From Saprospiraceae bacterium UBA3362 (GTDB taxonomy: Bacteria > Bacteroidota > Bacteroidia > Chitinophagales > Saprospiraceae): 64,000 nt of DNA. The stretch is from positions 1 to 64,000 of the forward strand of contig DEQQ01000096.1 in NCBI GenBank assembly GCA_002360455.1, read 5' to 3'. The translations under genes were made by a program, and so were the position numbers. The notes under the pieces were generated by a model that worked only from the letters and a program-made list of their open reading frames with translations, did not search any database and was not told the origin of the DNA. Positions 17,087-26,697 of the stretch are shown one piece after another (the first letter of the stretch is position 1; the number at the start of each line of letters is the position of its first letter).

Positions 17087-17290
17087 TCAAGCATTAATGA
17101 TTTTAGTCACGTCTTCAACTGATTTTTCAATGTCAATTAGAGTGCCGTCCGACATTTTTATTCTTGTCAAAGGGTTGCTTCCAGTAGAGAGTAATTCTTC
17201 TACTTCAATGACATTGTCAGCATTGATGTGTCTTGCTTCTGTTTTTTTTGTGATGATGTCGTAAGCATCAACTTTGATAATTTTAGCCAT
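17087..17290 (-). CDS. small hypothetical protein (67 aa)
   Basis: Intact ORF 6 nt downstream of the membrane-protein gene. No recognised motif. Confidence 0.35.
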   Translation of the reverse strand: MAKIIKVDAYDIITKKTEARHINADNVIEVEELLSTGSNPLTRIKMSDGTLIDIEKSVEDVTKIINA

Positions 17291-17296
17291 AGTTAT

Positions 17297-17641
17297 TTAT
17301 TGTTTTGCCTTTGTGATTGAGTAAGTAATTAGTGTGTAAATTAAAATAAGAATACCGTTTAAAATAATGTATAGTGGAACGGAAAAACTAACGAAAGAAA
17401 AAATGATGTTGCTTGCCAAAGCGACTAAAAAGAAAATGGCTGAAACTGTCCGCACATTTGTTGATGTTCTTGGTAAGTCAAAGCTGATACCAATTGTCAA
17501 GAGTAGTGTGATTGCAACAAACATAAAACTACCTACACTAAGAAGTAATTTATTCTCACTGTCGTGAAAACTGTAAAAGCCATAAGCGATAAGAGCACTC
17601 ACCGCTATGGCTATAATTGATTTGATGAAATTTACTTTCAT
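17297..17641 (-). CDS. small multi-pass membrane protein (possible NfeD-like partner of the SPFH protein)
   Basis: Start taken at MKVNFIKSIIAIAV, an internal Met of ORF 17297..17701. The longer ORF would overlap the SPFH gene. Hydrophobic helices throughout. Adjacent to the SPFH gene, as in SPFH/NfeD pairs (that pairing is inference). Confidence 0.4.
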   Translation of the reverse strand: MKVNFIKSIIAIAVSALIAYGFYSFHDSENKLLLSVGSFMFVAITLLLTIGISFDLPRTSTNVRTVSAIFFLVALASNIIFSFVSFSVPLYIILNGILILIYTLITYSITKAKQ

Positions 17642-17651
17642 AGACTTAGTT

Positions 17652-18923
17652 TTAAATTGTTGGTGGCGGTGGGGGTGGAACAACAGTAAATATTGATGCA
17701 AGTTCTGCTACATTGCTCGCTAAATCCCAACCAGCCATTCCTTCTTTCCAAACGTGGTGTTGTTTCGTGAATTGTCCGTTTTGAGCAGATTGTTTTAATT
17801 GCTCTAAAGAGAATTGTCCCAACTGTTGACCGTTAAGTGCAACGTGATAAGTTGAAATTGGTGGCGGTGGTGGCGTGTTATTGATATTGTTCATCATCCC
17901 ACCCATTTGATTGCCCATTGCACCACCAATTGCCATACCTGTCATAAGTCCAATAGGATTAAGTCCGCCACCGCCTCCAAGATTTACATTGCCCATTTCT
18001 CCGAGATTTTCGGCTGCAGTTTTCAATACATCCGATTGTTTATTGAGTTGATGAACTGCAAAGTTCTTACCTTCAACACCAAGCTCCATATCTTTACGCT
18101 GAATACGCATTGATTCCTCTAAATTCTCCAATTCAATGTCTGTTTTCTTCTCGGATATTTTTGTTTGTTGGTCGGCAGTTGCCTTTTTCAATTGTTGGTA
18201 ATGTGGATGCTCTTTGTCTAATTCAATTGTTCCGATGTCAATTCGTTTAAGGTTTACGCCAAAATCGTCTTGCATATTTGCTTTTAACTTAGATTGAATT
18301 ATTTCGCTTATTTCATCAATCTTTCTTTCAATTTGCATTACTGGAATGTTCGCTTCTTGCGGAACATTTAATACAACAGATTTTGTTTTACGAATAAAAA
18401 AATCCTTTATCTGATTTTTAAAATCGTCCAATTCAAAATTTATTAAGCGATTTAGCTTGATGAAATTTTTATAGTCTGTAATATTGAAAGTAAGCGTTCC
18501 TCTGACTGTGCAAGGCACGCCTAAATCAATATATCTTGGGTCATAAATATCAAAATATGGGATACCAAATTTAATTTGAACATTACCCGATAGGTTGATA
18601 AAATAAATTTCTGCTTGAAATGGAGAACTTCCACCAAATGCAGAACCTACAATGCTTGTAAGAATTGGGAAGTTTGCAGTTTTAATTGTCTGGTCATATG
18701 GACCTTCAATAAAATCCTGCAAAGAGCCGTCTTTTTGCTGATATACAAATACAGCAAGCTCACCATCTTTTACTCTTAGACTGCTACCATAACGAATCGC
18801 ATTTTCCTTTTTAGTTGAATTTGCACCTCCTGATGGAGTCCATTTATGAACAAGATATTCTTGTTCGTCACAGCGAATGACATCCATAAATCCGCCTTCG
18901 CTTTTATTTCCAAAAAGTCCCAT
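17652..18923 (-). CDS. SPFH/band-7 family protein (COG4260-like) with Gly/Met-rich linker and C-terminal GYF-like (DUF4339-type) domain
   Basis: Family-level resemblance over the N-terminal ~300 aa. Low-complexity GGGGGLNPIGLMTGMAIGGAMGNQMGGMM, then poly-Pro. C-terminal YHVALNGQQLGQFSLEQLKQ...WKEGMAGW. Confidence 0.6.
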   Translation of the reverse strand: MGLFGNKSEGGFMDVIRCDEQEYLVHKWTPSGGANSTKKENAIRYGSSLRVKDGELAVFVYQQKDGSLQDFIEGPYDQTIKTANFPILTSIVGSAFGGSSPFQAEIYFINLSGNVQIKFGIPYFDIYDPRYIDLGVPCTVRGTLTFNITDYKNFIKLNRLINFELDDFKNQIKDFFIRKTKSVVLNVPQEANIPVMQIERKIDEISEIIQSKLKANMQDDFGVNLKRIDIGTIELDKEHPHYQQLKKATADQQTKISEKKTDIELENLEESMRIQRKDMELGVEGKNFAVHQLNKQSDVLKTAAENLGEMGNVNLGGGGGLNPIGLMTGMAIGGAMGNQMGGMMNNINNTPPPPPISTYHVALNGQQLGQFSLEQLKQSAQNGQFTKQHHVWKEGMAGWDLASNVAELASIFTVVPPPPPPTI

Positions 18924-18944
18924 TTTGTTTTTTTTATTGGTTAA

Positions 18945-19661
18945 TTATTTAAGTTCTTTTGCATAGCTTTCAATTTCTTCCAAAAGTTTCTTGTCGTCTT
19001 TCATTGAAAATCTTGCTTTCATAATAATCTGCTCACATTTGGTTTTCCAAACTTGAACAAATTCGTTATGTGCTTTATTTTCGGGATTGTTTTTTGTTAG
19101 AAAATTTCCAATTGTTTTTGCTTTAGGTATTGCAAGTGAAAGAAACTCAAGAATATCGTCCTTTGTCGTTGGGATTGGGAAATTGGAAATTATTTCCATT
19201 TTCTTTTTTTCCACATTTCCAACACCGCCCATTCCTGATAAAGCTTTTGCGTAAAAACCTCCAAGGGCTTTTAAGGGATTGTTCGTTTGGTCTTCTTCTT
19301 TTCGTGTGTTTTCAGCTTCATTAAGCATTTTGAACAACTTTTGAATTGAAGCGTTAGCTTCGATGTTTGAAAAATCGTGACCACAATCACTACACTTTGC
19401 TGAAAACGAAGTAACCATTGCCCCGCACGAAGGACATTTTTTTACATCACCAAATTTGTCTGACTTAGGAGCCGAAACAGGAGGTGTTTCTGTCTTGGCT
19501 TTGTTTCTTTCAAAAAGTTTAGCATCAAGCACCATTTCAAATTCGTCAAGGTCAATACCAGCCGCTTCTGCTTTTTTGAAAAGCACTTGTTTTTCTTTTT
19601 CAGTTAATTCACCGTCTGCAAGTGCAAGGTTGATTAGATTTTCAATTTGTTCGTTATACAT
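18945..19661 (-). CDS. TerB-like N-terminal domain protein with central zinc ribbon
   Basis: LALADGELTEKEKQVLFKKA matches the TerB-type motif. CPSCGAMV...CSDCGH forms a zinc ribbon. Confidence 0.5.
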   Translation of the reverse strand: MYNEQIENLINLALADGELTEKEKQVLFKKAEAAGIDLDEFEMVLDAKLFERNKAKTETPPVSAPKSDKFGDVKKCPSCGAMVTSFSAKCSDCGHDFSNIEANASIQKLFKMLNEAENTRKEEDQTNNPLKALGGFYAKALSGMGGVGNVEKKKMEIISNFPIPTTKDDILEFLSLAIPKAKTIGNFLTKNNPENKAHNEFVQVWKTKCEQIIMKARFSMKDDKKLLEEIESYAKELK

Positions 19662-20543
19662 TTTTGTTTGATTTAATTGTTTAAAATTTTCCTACTCGTT
19701 TGGCTTTTCGGTGTCGCCCCGTTTTTAGAGTGGTCTCAAAACTCCACTTGAGTAAATGTAATTCTCTTTGTTAAATGTCAAGAAGTGTCGTGAGAATTAT
19801 GAGGTGGTTCTCTCGTCTGTCTCTGTTGATTTATTTTCTTGTTCTTCATTTTGTCCTTGTCCGTTAATGGTTACACTGTCGTTTTAGAGTTGCCGATAAC
19901 ATCTTTATTGTCGTGATTCATGAATTGCGTCAATATCCTATTATACGATATATTGACGCAACTGCTTGGCAGAGCGTCATTGGGGAAAATTGGGCCAGGC
20001 TTGTTATTTTTTTCATTGGCTACAGGTTTAATTTAGTTTTATATAAGCAAATATAATCCAATTCTGGCTATTTTCCCATTTTTAATAGTATTTTTTATAG
20101 ACAATGGATATTTTAGATTTTAACCAATATCCATATTATCAATAGGGCTTACCACTCTATACTTATGGGCCTCTGTGATATGGGTATAGATCTCTGTGGT
20201 CTTTATAGATTAGTGCCTTAGAACCGTCTGAAAGTCACCTTTGCACCGGATTATAAAATAATTGTCTTTTAAACCTTGAATCAAATGATTTACTGGGTTT
20301 ATGGTTAATTTTTTTCCTGTTAATCAAATGGTCCATTTTTTTGGGAAGTATTCCCCAAATTTTTAAAGCTGTCCAATTTTGGTTTATGTCTAAAAGTAAA
20401 AACAGGCTAAAGCAGCCTTAGTCCCGATAGTAATGGAAAGACCGGAAGGAACAAGGTGACTGAGGACTTGGAATGGACAGCGGGAACGATAACACACAAT
20501 ACGACGTCATTTGCCACTCCAAAAAAAATAAATTACCTGCCCA

Positions 20544-22559
20544 TCAATAGCTGATCAGTTCTTCCAATTTTTGTTTTAGTCTGTGTTTGGCCAGAAAAAG
20601 ATCTTCTATTCTTTTGGCAAAAGGGATGGCCGTGTCCAAACCTGCACAGCGCATCACAGGAGCGTCGAGATGTTGGAATAGATGTTCGCTGATGTATGCA
20701 GCAATCTCTCCTCCTATCCCACCAAACAAGGTATCTTCATGCAGAATAAGCACTCTGTTTGTTTTCTTTACCGCATTGTCAATGCTTTCATAGTCCAAAG
20801 GAACCAATGTGCGAAGATCGAGGATTTCGGCATCGAGATTTATTTCATTTACCAGGGACATTGCCCATTGAACTCCGAGGCCATAGCTTATAATACAGCA
20901 TGCATTTCCTTGGCGTAGGGTGGCCGCTTTTCCAAACGGAATATTGTAATAGCCTTCAGGAACCAAAGCCTCTATCCCCCGATAGAGCGCCTTGTGCTCA
21001 AAGAAGAGAACGGGGTTGGGATCTTCAAAGGAAGTAAGCAATAGACCTTTGGCATCATAAGGGTTGCTCGGATAGACTATTTTTAGTCCGGGAACGTGAG
21101 TAAACCAGGCCTCATTGCTCTGCGAATGAAATGGACCTGCTTGCGTGGCTGCGCCGGCGGGCATTCTGATCACCAGATCGGCATTTTGAGCCCAACGATA
21201 GTGCAGTTTTGCCAAGTTGTTGACGATTTGATTAAACCCGCAGCTTACAAAATCTGCAAACTGCATCTCTACCATGGCTTTCATCCCGCACAAACTCAAG
21301 CCCAGCCCTGCTCCGACAATTGCACTTTCGCAGATAGGGGTGTTCCGAACTCTGTCTTTGCCAAATTGGTCAACAAAACCCTCTGTGATCTTAAAAACTC
21401 CTCCATACTCAGCAATATCCTGACCCATAAGCACCAGCAGAGGATGATGTTGCATGGCCAGTTTTAGCCCATCTTTGATTGCGTCTATCATGCGCAAGGA
21501 TTTGGTAGGAGCATTATTTGAGGGAGCTTGTTCGTTGAAGGCAAAGGAAGCATACATATCGCTCAATTCCTCTTGCTCATCCACCTCACCCTCTTCCCAT
21601 GCAAAAACAGACTCAACCTGCTCTTGGATATGTTGCCTGTAGTCCCCATAAATGCGTTCTTTATCATCCACGCTTAAGAGGCTCTTTTCCATCAGCCAGC
21701 GTTCATAATTGGAGATCGGATCTTTTTTGGCCCATTGCTCAAGCAATTCTTTGGGAACATATTTTACACCACTGGCTTCTTCATGTCCTCTCATTCTGAA
21801 ACTCATGCATTCAAGCAATACCGGTGCAGGATTTTTTCTCATTTTTTTGACAATGGAACGCACCGTTTCTTCCACTTCAAGAATATTGTTTCCGTCGATC
21901 TTGTAGCCTTCCATGCCATATCCTATAGCGCGATCTACCAGAGACTTGCAGGCGTATTGCTCGTGTGTAGGAGTAGAAAGTCCATATCCATTATTTTCTA
22001 CTACAAACAACACGGGAAGCTTCCACACGGCAGCCACATTGAGCGCCTCATGAAAGTCTCCTTCACTTGTGCCACCCTCCCCGGTAAAGGCTACAGCTAT
22101 AGCTTGTTTTTTTTGCAATAAGGAGGCCAATGCCGCCCCATCTGCTAAGGCCAACTGCGGCCCAAGATGAGAAATCATTCCGACCACCTTTTTTTCAGGA
22201 AACCCAAAGTGAAAACTTCTATCACGGCCCTTTGTGTAGCCCGATTTTTTACCCTGCCATTGGGCAAACAATCTGTCCAGAGGAAATTCTCTTACTGTAA
22301 AAACGCCCAAATTGCGGTGCAAAGGAAAAATCCAATCGTCTGGCGACAATGCACAGGTTACCCCAACAGAAATGGCCTCCTGACCTATCCCGGAAAACCA
22401 CTTGGATATACGCCCTTGACGCAAAAGATTGAGCATTTTTTCCTCAATAAGTCGAGGATACAACAGCTGCTTATAAAGTTGCAATAATTGCTTATCGCTG
22501 TGCTTATTTTGCTTAAAAGAAATCTCAGTCATGGCACAAAGGTAGGGCGAAGAATGCAA
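20544..22559 (-). CDS. fused 2-oxoacid dehydrogenase E1 component (TPP-dependent, alpha-beta fusion)
   Basis: N-terminal half resembles E1 alpha (GYGLSTPTHEQY, TPP-binding region). C-terminal half resembles E1 beta / transketolase C-terminal. This fused architecture is typical of Bacteroidetes. Confidence 0.85.
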   Translation of the reverse strand: MHSSPYLCAMTEISFKQNKHSDKQLLQLYKQLLYPRLIEEKMLNLLRQGRISKWFSGIGQEAISVGVTCALSPDDWIFPLHRNLGVFTVREFPLDRLFAQWQGKKSGYTKGRDRSFHFGFPEKKVVGMISHLGPQLALADGAALASLLQKKQAIAVAFTGEGGTSEGDFHEALNVAAVWKLPVLFVVENNGYGLSTPTHEQYACKSLVDRAIGYGMEGYKIDGNNILEVEETVRSIVKKMRKNPAPVLLECMSFRMRGHEEASGVKYVPKELLEQWAKKDPISNYERWLMEKSLLSVDDKERIYGDYRQHIQEQVESVFAWEEGEVDEQEELSDMYASFAFNEQAPSNNAPTKSLRMIDAIKDGLKLAMQHHPLLVLMGQDIAEYGGVFKITEGFVDQFGKDRVRNTPICESAIVGAGLGLSLCGMKAMVEMQFADFVSCGFNQIVNNLAKLHYRWAQNADLVIRMPAGAATQAGPFHSQSNEAWFTHVPGLKIVYPSNPYDAKGLLLTSFEDPNPVLFFEHKALYRGIEALVPEGYYNIPFGKAATLRQGNACCIISYGLGVQWAMSLVNEINLDAEILDLRTLVPLDYESIDNAVKKTNRVLILHEDTLFGGIGGEIAAYISEHLFQHLDAPVMRCAGLDTAIPFAKRIEDLFLAKHRLKQKLEELISY

Positions 22560-22679
22560 TTTTGGCTGTGCCCCCGGCCTTGCCGGGGTCGCTGCCTTAC
22601 AGGCTCGCTATTCGCTCGGTGCTTCGCACTGGAACCTTCCAGTCAGCTCACAGTGGACAAGCTACACAGGCTAAAAGAT

Positions 22680-23690
22680 TCAAACTTCATCCAAATCACA
22701 AAAGGAGTTTTTCCTAAGCTCAAGAGGAATAATTCTGTGTTGAGCACTGAGATTTTCTTGTGATGATTTTATTTTCTGAAAAAGCAGGTCTAAAGCAGAG
22801 TGCGCCATCTCTTTTCCACTTTGGACATAAAAATGAAGGGGAAACTCTATTAAGTTGGGAAGCCATCCTTCACTGATGGTTATAACCTGACGGATACCGG
22901 AAACAGAAGAAGACTGTCTAAACAGCTCACTCACGCCCAATAAAATTTCATCACTCATCAAGAACAATCCGTTGATAGATTGATTGGACTGTAAGAATTT
23001 TTTGGTATTGTGTTTTGCTTCGAACGAATTGTTTGCAAAACAAAATTGAATATCAAGATCAGACTTTTTTTGAGCAAACTGTTCAATCCCTCTTTTTCTG
23101 GCCTGAGTAATGCTTAGTCCGGGATTGCCAAGCACACATAAAATAGGATTGCACTGATGATCACTCAAAAATTGAATAGCCTCATGTGCTACCAATTCAT
23201 CTTGGATGGTAACGGTATCTACCATGGGATGATCTACAGTCTTATCAAATAATACCAATGATATTCCGAGATCCAACAGAGACTGTATGTGATCTTGAAT
23301 TCTACTGTTGTTGCAGAGGGATACCAAAATTCCCTCCACACCGGATTGGATAGAAATTTTTATATTTTCTATTTCTTTATCAGAGTTTTCATCACTGGAG
23401 AGAATTAACAGTCTGTAACCATTTTTTAATGACAATTCTGAGACGGCTTTAATTATTTCAGGAATATAAAACATGGAGATCTCCGGAACAATCAAAGCAA
23501 TGAGTTTAGAATTTTTACTTTTAAGATTAAGTGCAGTGGTATTGGGTATGTAATGTTGCTCATCTGCAATAGATTTTATTTTTTGAATAATATCAGAGCT
23601 TAGATCCGGATGATCATGCAATGCCCGAGAGACAGTAGAAATACTAACACCGGCCAATCGAGCAATATCTTTGATTGTAATTCTTTTCAT
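22680..23690 (-). CDS. LacI-family transcriptional regulator
   Basis: HTH motif MKRITIKDIARLAGVSISTVSRALHDHP at the inferred start (internal Met of ORF 22680..23735), followed by a periplasmic-binding-like sugar-binding domain. Confidence 0.8.
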   Translation of the reverse strand: MKRITIKDIARLAGVSISTVSRALHDHPDLSSDIIQKIKSIADEQHYIPNTTALNLKSKNSKLIALIVPEISMFYIPEIIKAVSELSLKNGYRLLILSSDENSDKEIENIKISIQSGVEGILVSLCNNSRIQDHIQSLLDLGISLVLFDKTVDHPMVDTVTIQDELVAHEAIQFLSDHQCNPILCVLGNPGLSITQARKRGIEQFAQKKSDLDIQFCFANNSFEAKHNTKKFLQSNQSINGLFLMSDEILLGVSELFRQSSSVSGIRQVITISEGWLPNLIEFPLHFYVQSGKEMAHSALDLLFQKIKSSQENLSAQHRIIPLELRKNSFCDLDEV

Positions 23691-23835
23691 TGACACTCTA
23701 TAGATTTCATGGATAAACTCTTCTTGGCAGGGCACAACATATTAAAAAAAATTTGAATCTGAAAATGACCTGATTTGATGTATAAATCCAAAAAAAACGA
23801 CGATAACCATTTTTGAGCTTGCGAATATAACAGAG

Positions 23836-23861
23836 TGCAAACGATTGCGCAAACGATTGCG
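23836..23861. promoter_or_regulatory. tandem imperfect palindromes TGCAAACGATTGCG / CGCAAACGATTGCG; candidate LacI-family operator
   Basis: Read in sequence. Core AAnCGnTT is flanked by GC, resembling LacI/CcpA-type operators (TGnAAnCGnTTnCA). Located in the divergent intergenic region between the LacI gene and the TonB-receptor gene. Confidence 0.4.
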
Positions 23862-23942
23862 TAAAAATATTTTACTTTTTTATTTTAAAAAAGTTGCAAG
23901 ACAGGCAATTGTGAATAATTTTATCGCACAAAATCATTCAAA

Positions 23943-26573
23943 ATGAAAGCTAAAATTTTACCATTCTTATTATTTGTAGGATTATTAATATCCTCTTTTC
24001 AACTTCAAGCACAATGTACACTAAAAGGAAAAGTTACCAATCAACAAGGTGAAGCACTATTAGGTGCGATAGTACAGATTCCCGGATTGGGCATTGGTAC
24101 CACAACCGATGTTGATGGAATGTACACACTATCCAATGTTCCGAGTGGAAGAGTGAGCGTAGAAGCATTCTCTCTTTCTTATGAACCACAGACACAATCT
24201 GTAACTGCAAGTACTTCCGGAGTTACAGATGTAAACTTTACATTGTCTGAACAATCCATTGGACTCAACTCTGTAGTTGTTACAGGAAATGCAAACCCCA
24301 AAGCTGCATTGGAGAGCAGCATTTCTGTTACCACATTGAATGCGAGACAAATCAACAATTCAAATGTAAGAACGACTGCAGAAATTTTCAGATCGATTCC
24401 CGGAATAAGATCTGAGAGCAGCGGCGGTGATGGAAATAGTAATATTACTGTAAGAGGGGTTCCTGTAAGCGCAGGAGGAAGCAGATATTTGCTTATCCAA
24501 GAAGACGGATTGCCTGTACTTCAATTTGGAGATGTTGCCTTCGGAACACAGGATCAGTTCTTACGATATGATCAGACAGTATCTAGAATAGAAGCTGTAA
24601 AAGGAGGAAGTGCTTCTGTATTGGCAAGCAACTCCCCGGCAGGAATCATCAACTTCATCAGCAAGACCGGAGAAAATCAAGGGGGATCCATCTCCAAAAC
24701 CATAGGACTTGATTTTAATAATTACAGAACCGACTTAGAATATGGATTGCCATTGGGCAATGGATTGTCTGTTCATTTTGGCGGATTTTATCGCGCAGGA
24801 GACGGACCGAGAAAAACAGGCTTCACCAGCAATAATGGAGGCCAGGCAAAGCTTAACATTATGAAAAGATTCGATGGTGGATTTGTAAAAGTATATGGAA
24901 AATTCTTAAATGATAGATCCGCAGCGTATATGCCAATGCCTATCGAAGTAAGCGGCACAAATGCTTCTCCTACATGGAAGTCATTGAGTTCTTATGATGC
25001 TTTACGCGGTTCTTTGCAAACTCCAAGACTATTGCATGATCTTACTATGGGTGGCGACGGTAATGCTTTATCCAGCGATATAAGCGATGGAATGCATGCA
25101 GTAAGCAAGACAGTAGGAGCCGAAGTTTCTGTTAATTTAGGAAATCAATGGAACCTTAGAAATAAAACAAGATACTCAGCCAATTCAGGACAATTTTTAG
25201 CTCCGTTTCCGGCCAATGTAGGATCTGCAACGGATATCTTGTCAAGTGTAGGCAAACAAGCAGTTTATGCAGGAACAACACAGGCTGTAGATGCCAATGG
25301 AGTTTATATGCGTATGCATTTATTTAATACAAGTTTGAATAATTTCAACAACTTTATTAATGATGTGACCCTTTCAAAATCTTTTGAAAAAGTAAAATTC
25401 AATGTGGGTCTTTACAAAAGCATCCAAAACATTAATATGGATTGGCATTGGAATACTTACTTGATGGAAGTAAGCGATGACAATGCTAGAATGATTGATG
25501 TAAAAGATTCATTGGGCAACAGTTTAAGCCCAAATGGTTTGCTGGCTTATGGAGTTCCGGCTTGGGGAAATTGCTGTAACAGAAACTTCAATACTCATTA
25601 TGATATTGTTGCTCCTCACGGAAATGTGGAATTAAATCTTAACGATAAACTCAATGTAGATCTTGGAGTTCGTTATGACTTAGGACATGTATATGGAAGT
25701 TTCAAAGGAGGAAGTGGAGATGTTGCTTCTGTAGATATGAACGGAAATGGCAAAATAGATGCTAATGAAAATGCAGTAGCAACGGCAGGAAATAATCCAA
25801 CACCTGTAAATTACAACTACGATTATCTTTCTTATTCTGCTGGTGCAAATTATATGCTTACTCAGAACAATGCAGTGTTTTTAAGATACAGCAGCGGCGG
25901 ATCTGCTAGTGCAGATAGAGTTTTGTTTAGCGGTTACAACTATACCAATTCGGATGATAAATCGTTGGATGCTCAAAAAGTGAATTATGTCAATCAAGTA
26001 GAATTAGGATATAAGCAAAAAGCCAAATCTTGGATTCTTAATGCAACAGCATTTTGGGCCAATACCAAGGAGAGCAATTATGAGGCAACGACTCAAAAGA
26101 AGTTTGACAACAAATACAGAGCTGCAGGTTTGGAGCTTGAAGCAAATTCAAATTTTGCAAATGCATTCAATATTGGATTAGGAGTAACATATACAAATGC
26201 TAAAATCGTAGAATCGAAAGATGCAACGGTGGTGGACAATACTCCAAGAAGAACTCCGGCTTTCATGTACAATCTTACACCATCTTATAACAAAGGAAAA
26301 TTGGCTATAGGCATTGGATTGATTGGAGCTACAAAGTCCTACGCTCAAGACAACAACAAATTGATTATGCCGGGCTACCTTTTGGTAAATCCGTATATCT
26401 CTTATAAACTTGGCAAGAGTTTTAATATTAATTTACAATCTAATAATTTATTAAATGCATTGGCAGTGACAGAAGCAGAAGAAGGTGAAATAAAAGAAAA
26501 TGCAACAAATATTTTAAGAGGAAGACCATTGCCGGGCAGAAGTACGTCAATAAGTTTTTCATATCAGTTTTAA
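23943..26573 (+). CDS. TonB-dependent outer-membrane receptor with N-terminal carboxypeptidase-regulatory-like domain
   Basis: Signal peptide. CTLKGKVTNQQGEALLGAIVQI (CarbopepD_reg-like). Plug region NITVRGV. Terminal ...SFSYQF aromatic. Confidence 0.8.
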   Translation: MKAKILPFLLFVGLLISSFQLQAQCTLKGKVTNQQGEALLGAIVQIPGLGIGTTTDVDGMYTLSNVPSGRVSVEAFSLSYEPQTQSVTASTSGVTDVNFTLSEQSIGLNSVVVTGNANPKAALESSISVTTLNARQINNSNVRTTAEIFRSIPGIRSESSGGDGNSNITVRGVPVSAGGSRYLLIQEDGLPVLQFGDVAFGTQDQFLRYDQTVSRIEAVKGGSASVLASNSPAGIINFISKTGENQGGSISKTIGLDFNNYRTDLEYGLPLGNGLSVHFGGFYRAGDGPRKTGFTSNNGGQAKLNIMKRFDGGFVKVYGKFLNDRSAAYMPMPIEVSGTNASPTWKSLSSYDALRGSLQTPRLLHDLTMGGDGNALSSDISDGMHAVSKTVGAEVSVNLGNQWNLRNKTRYSANSGQFLAPFPANVGSATDILSSVGKQAVYAGTTQAVDANGVYMRMHLFNTSLNNFNNFINDVTLSKSFEKVKFNVGLYKSIQNINMDWHWNTYLMEVSDDNARMIDVKDSLGNSLSPNGLLAYGVPAWGNCCNRNFNTHYDIVAPHGNVELNLNDKLNVDLGVRYDLGHVYGSFKGGSGDVASVDMNGNGKIDANENAVATAGNNPTPVNYNYDYLSYSAGANYMLTQNNAVFLRYSSGGSASADRVLFSGYNYTNSDDKSLDAQKVNYVNQVELGYKQKAKSWILNATAFWANTKESNYEATTQKKFDNKYRAAGLELEANSNFANAFNIGLGVTYTNAKIVESKDATVVDNTPRRTPAFMYNLTPSYNKGKLAIGIGLIGATKSYAQDNNKLIMPGYLLVNPYISYKLGKSFNINLQSNNLLNALAVTEAEEGEIKENATNILRGRPLPGRSTSISFSYQF

Positions 26574-26697
26574 TGGGTTAAATGTTGATTATGCATATGA
26601 GATGAGTCCTTCGGGCCATCTCATATGTATATCTAAAACAAAATGAGAATTTCAAATACTAGCTTAATTTTACAGTATTAAACTAAATTGGATCATT

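Noticed and set aside
22560-22680. TPP riboswitch upstream of the TPP-dependent E1 dehydrogenase
   Set aside because: The conserved THI-box features (CUGAGA ... ACCUGAUCUGGAUAAUGCCAGCG) are absent. The element is kept only as an unclassified GC-rich structured segment.
22488-22763. ORF 22488..22763(+) spanning the GC-rich spacer
   Set aside because: It overlaps the 5' end of the E1 gene and the 3' end of the LacI gene on the opposite strand. Its translation is Arg/Cys/Pro-rich read-through of the GC-rich element. It is treated as non-coding structured DNA or RNA instead.
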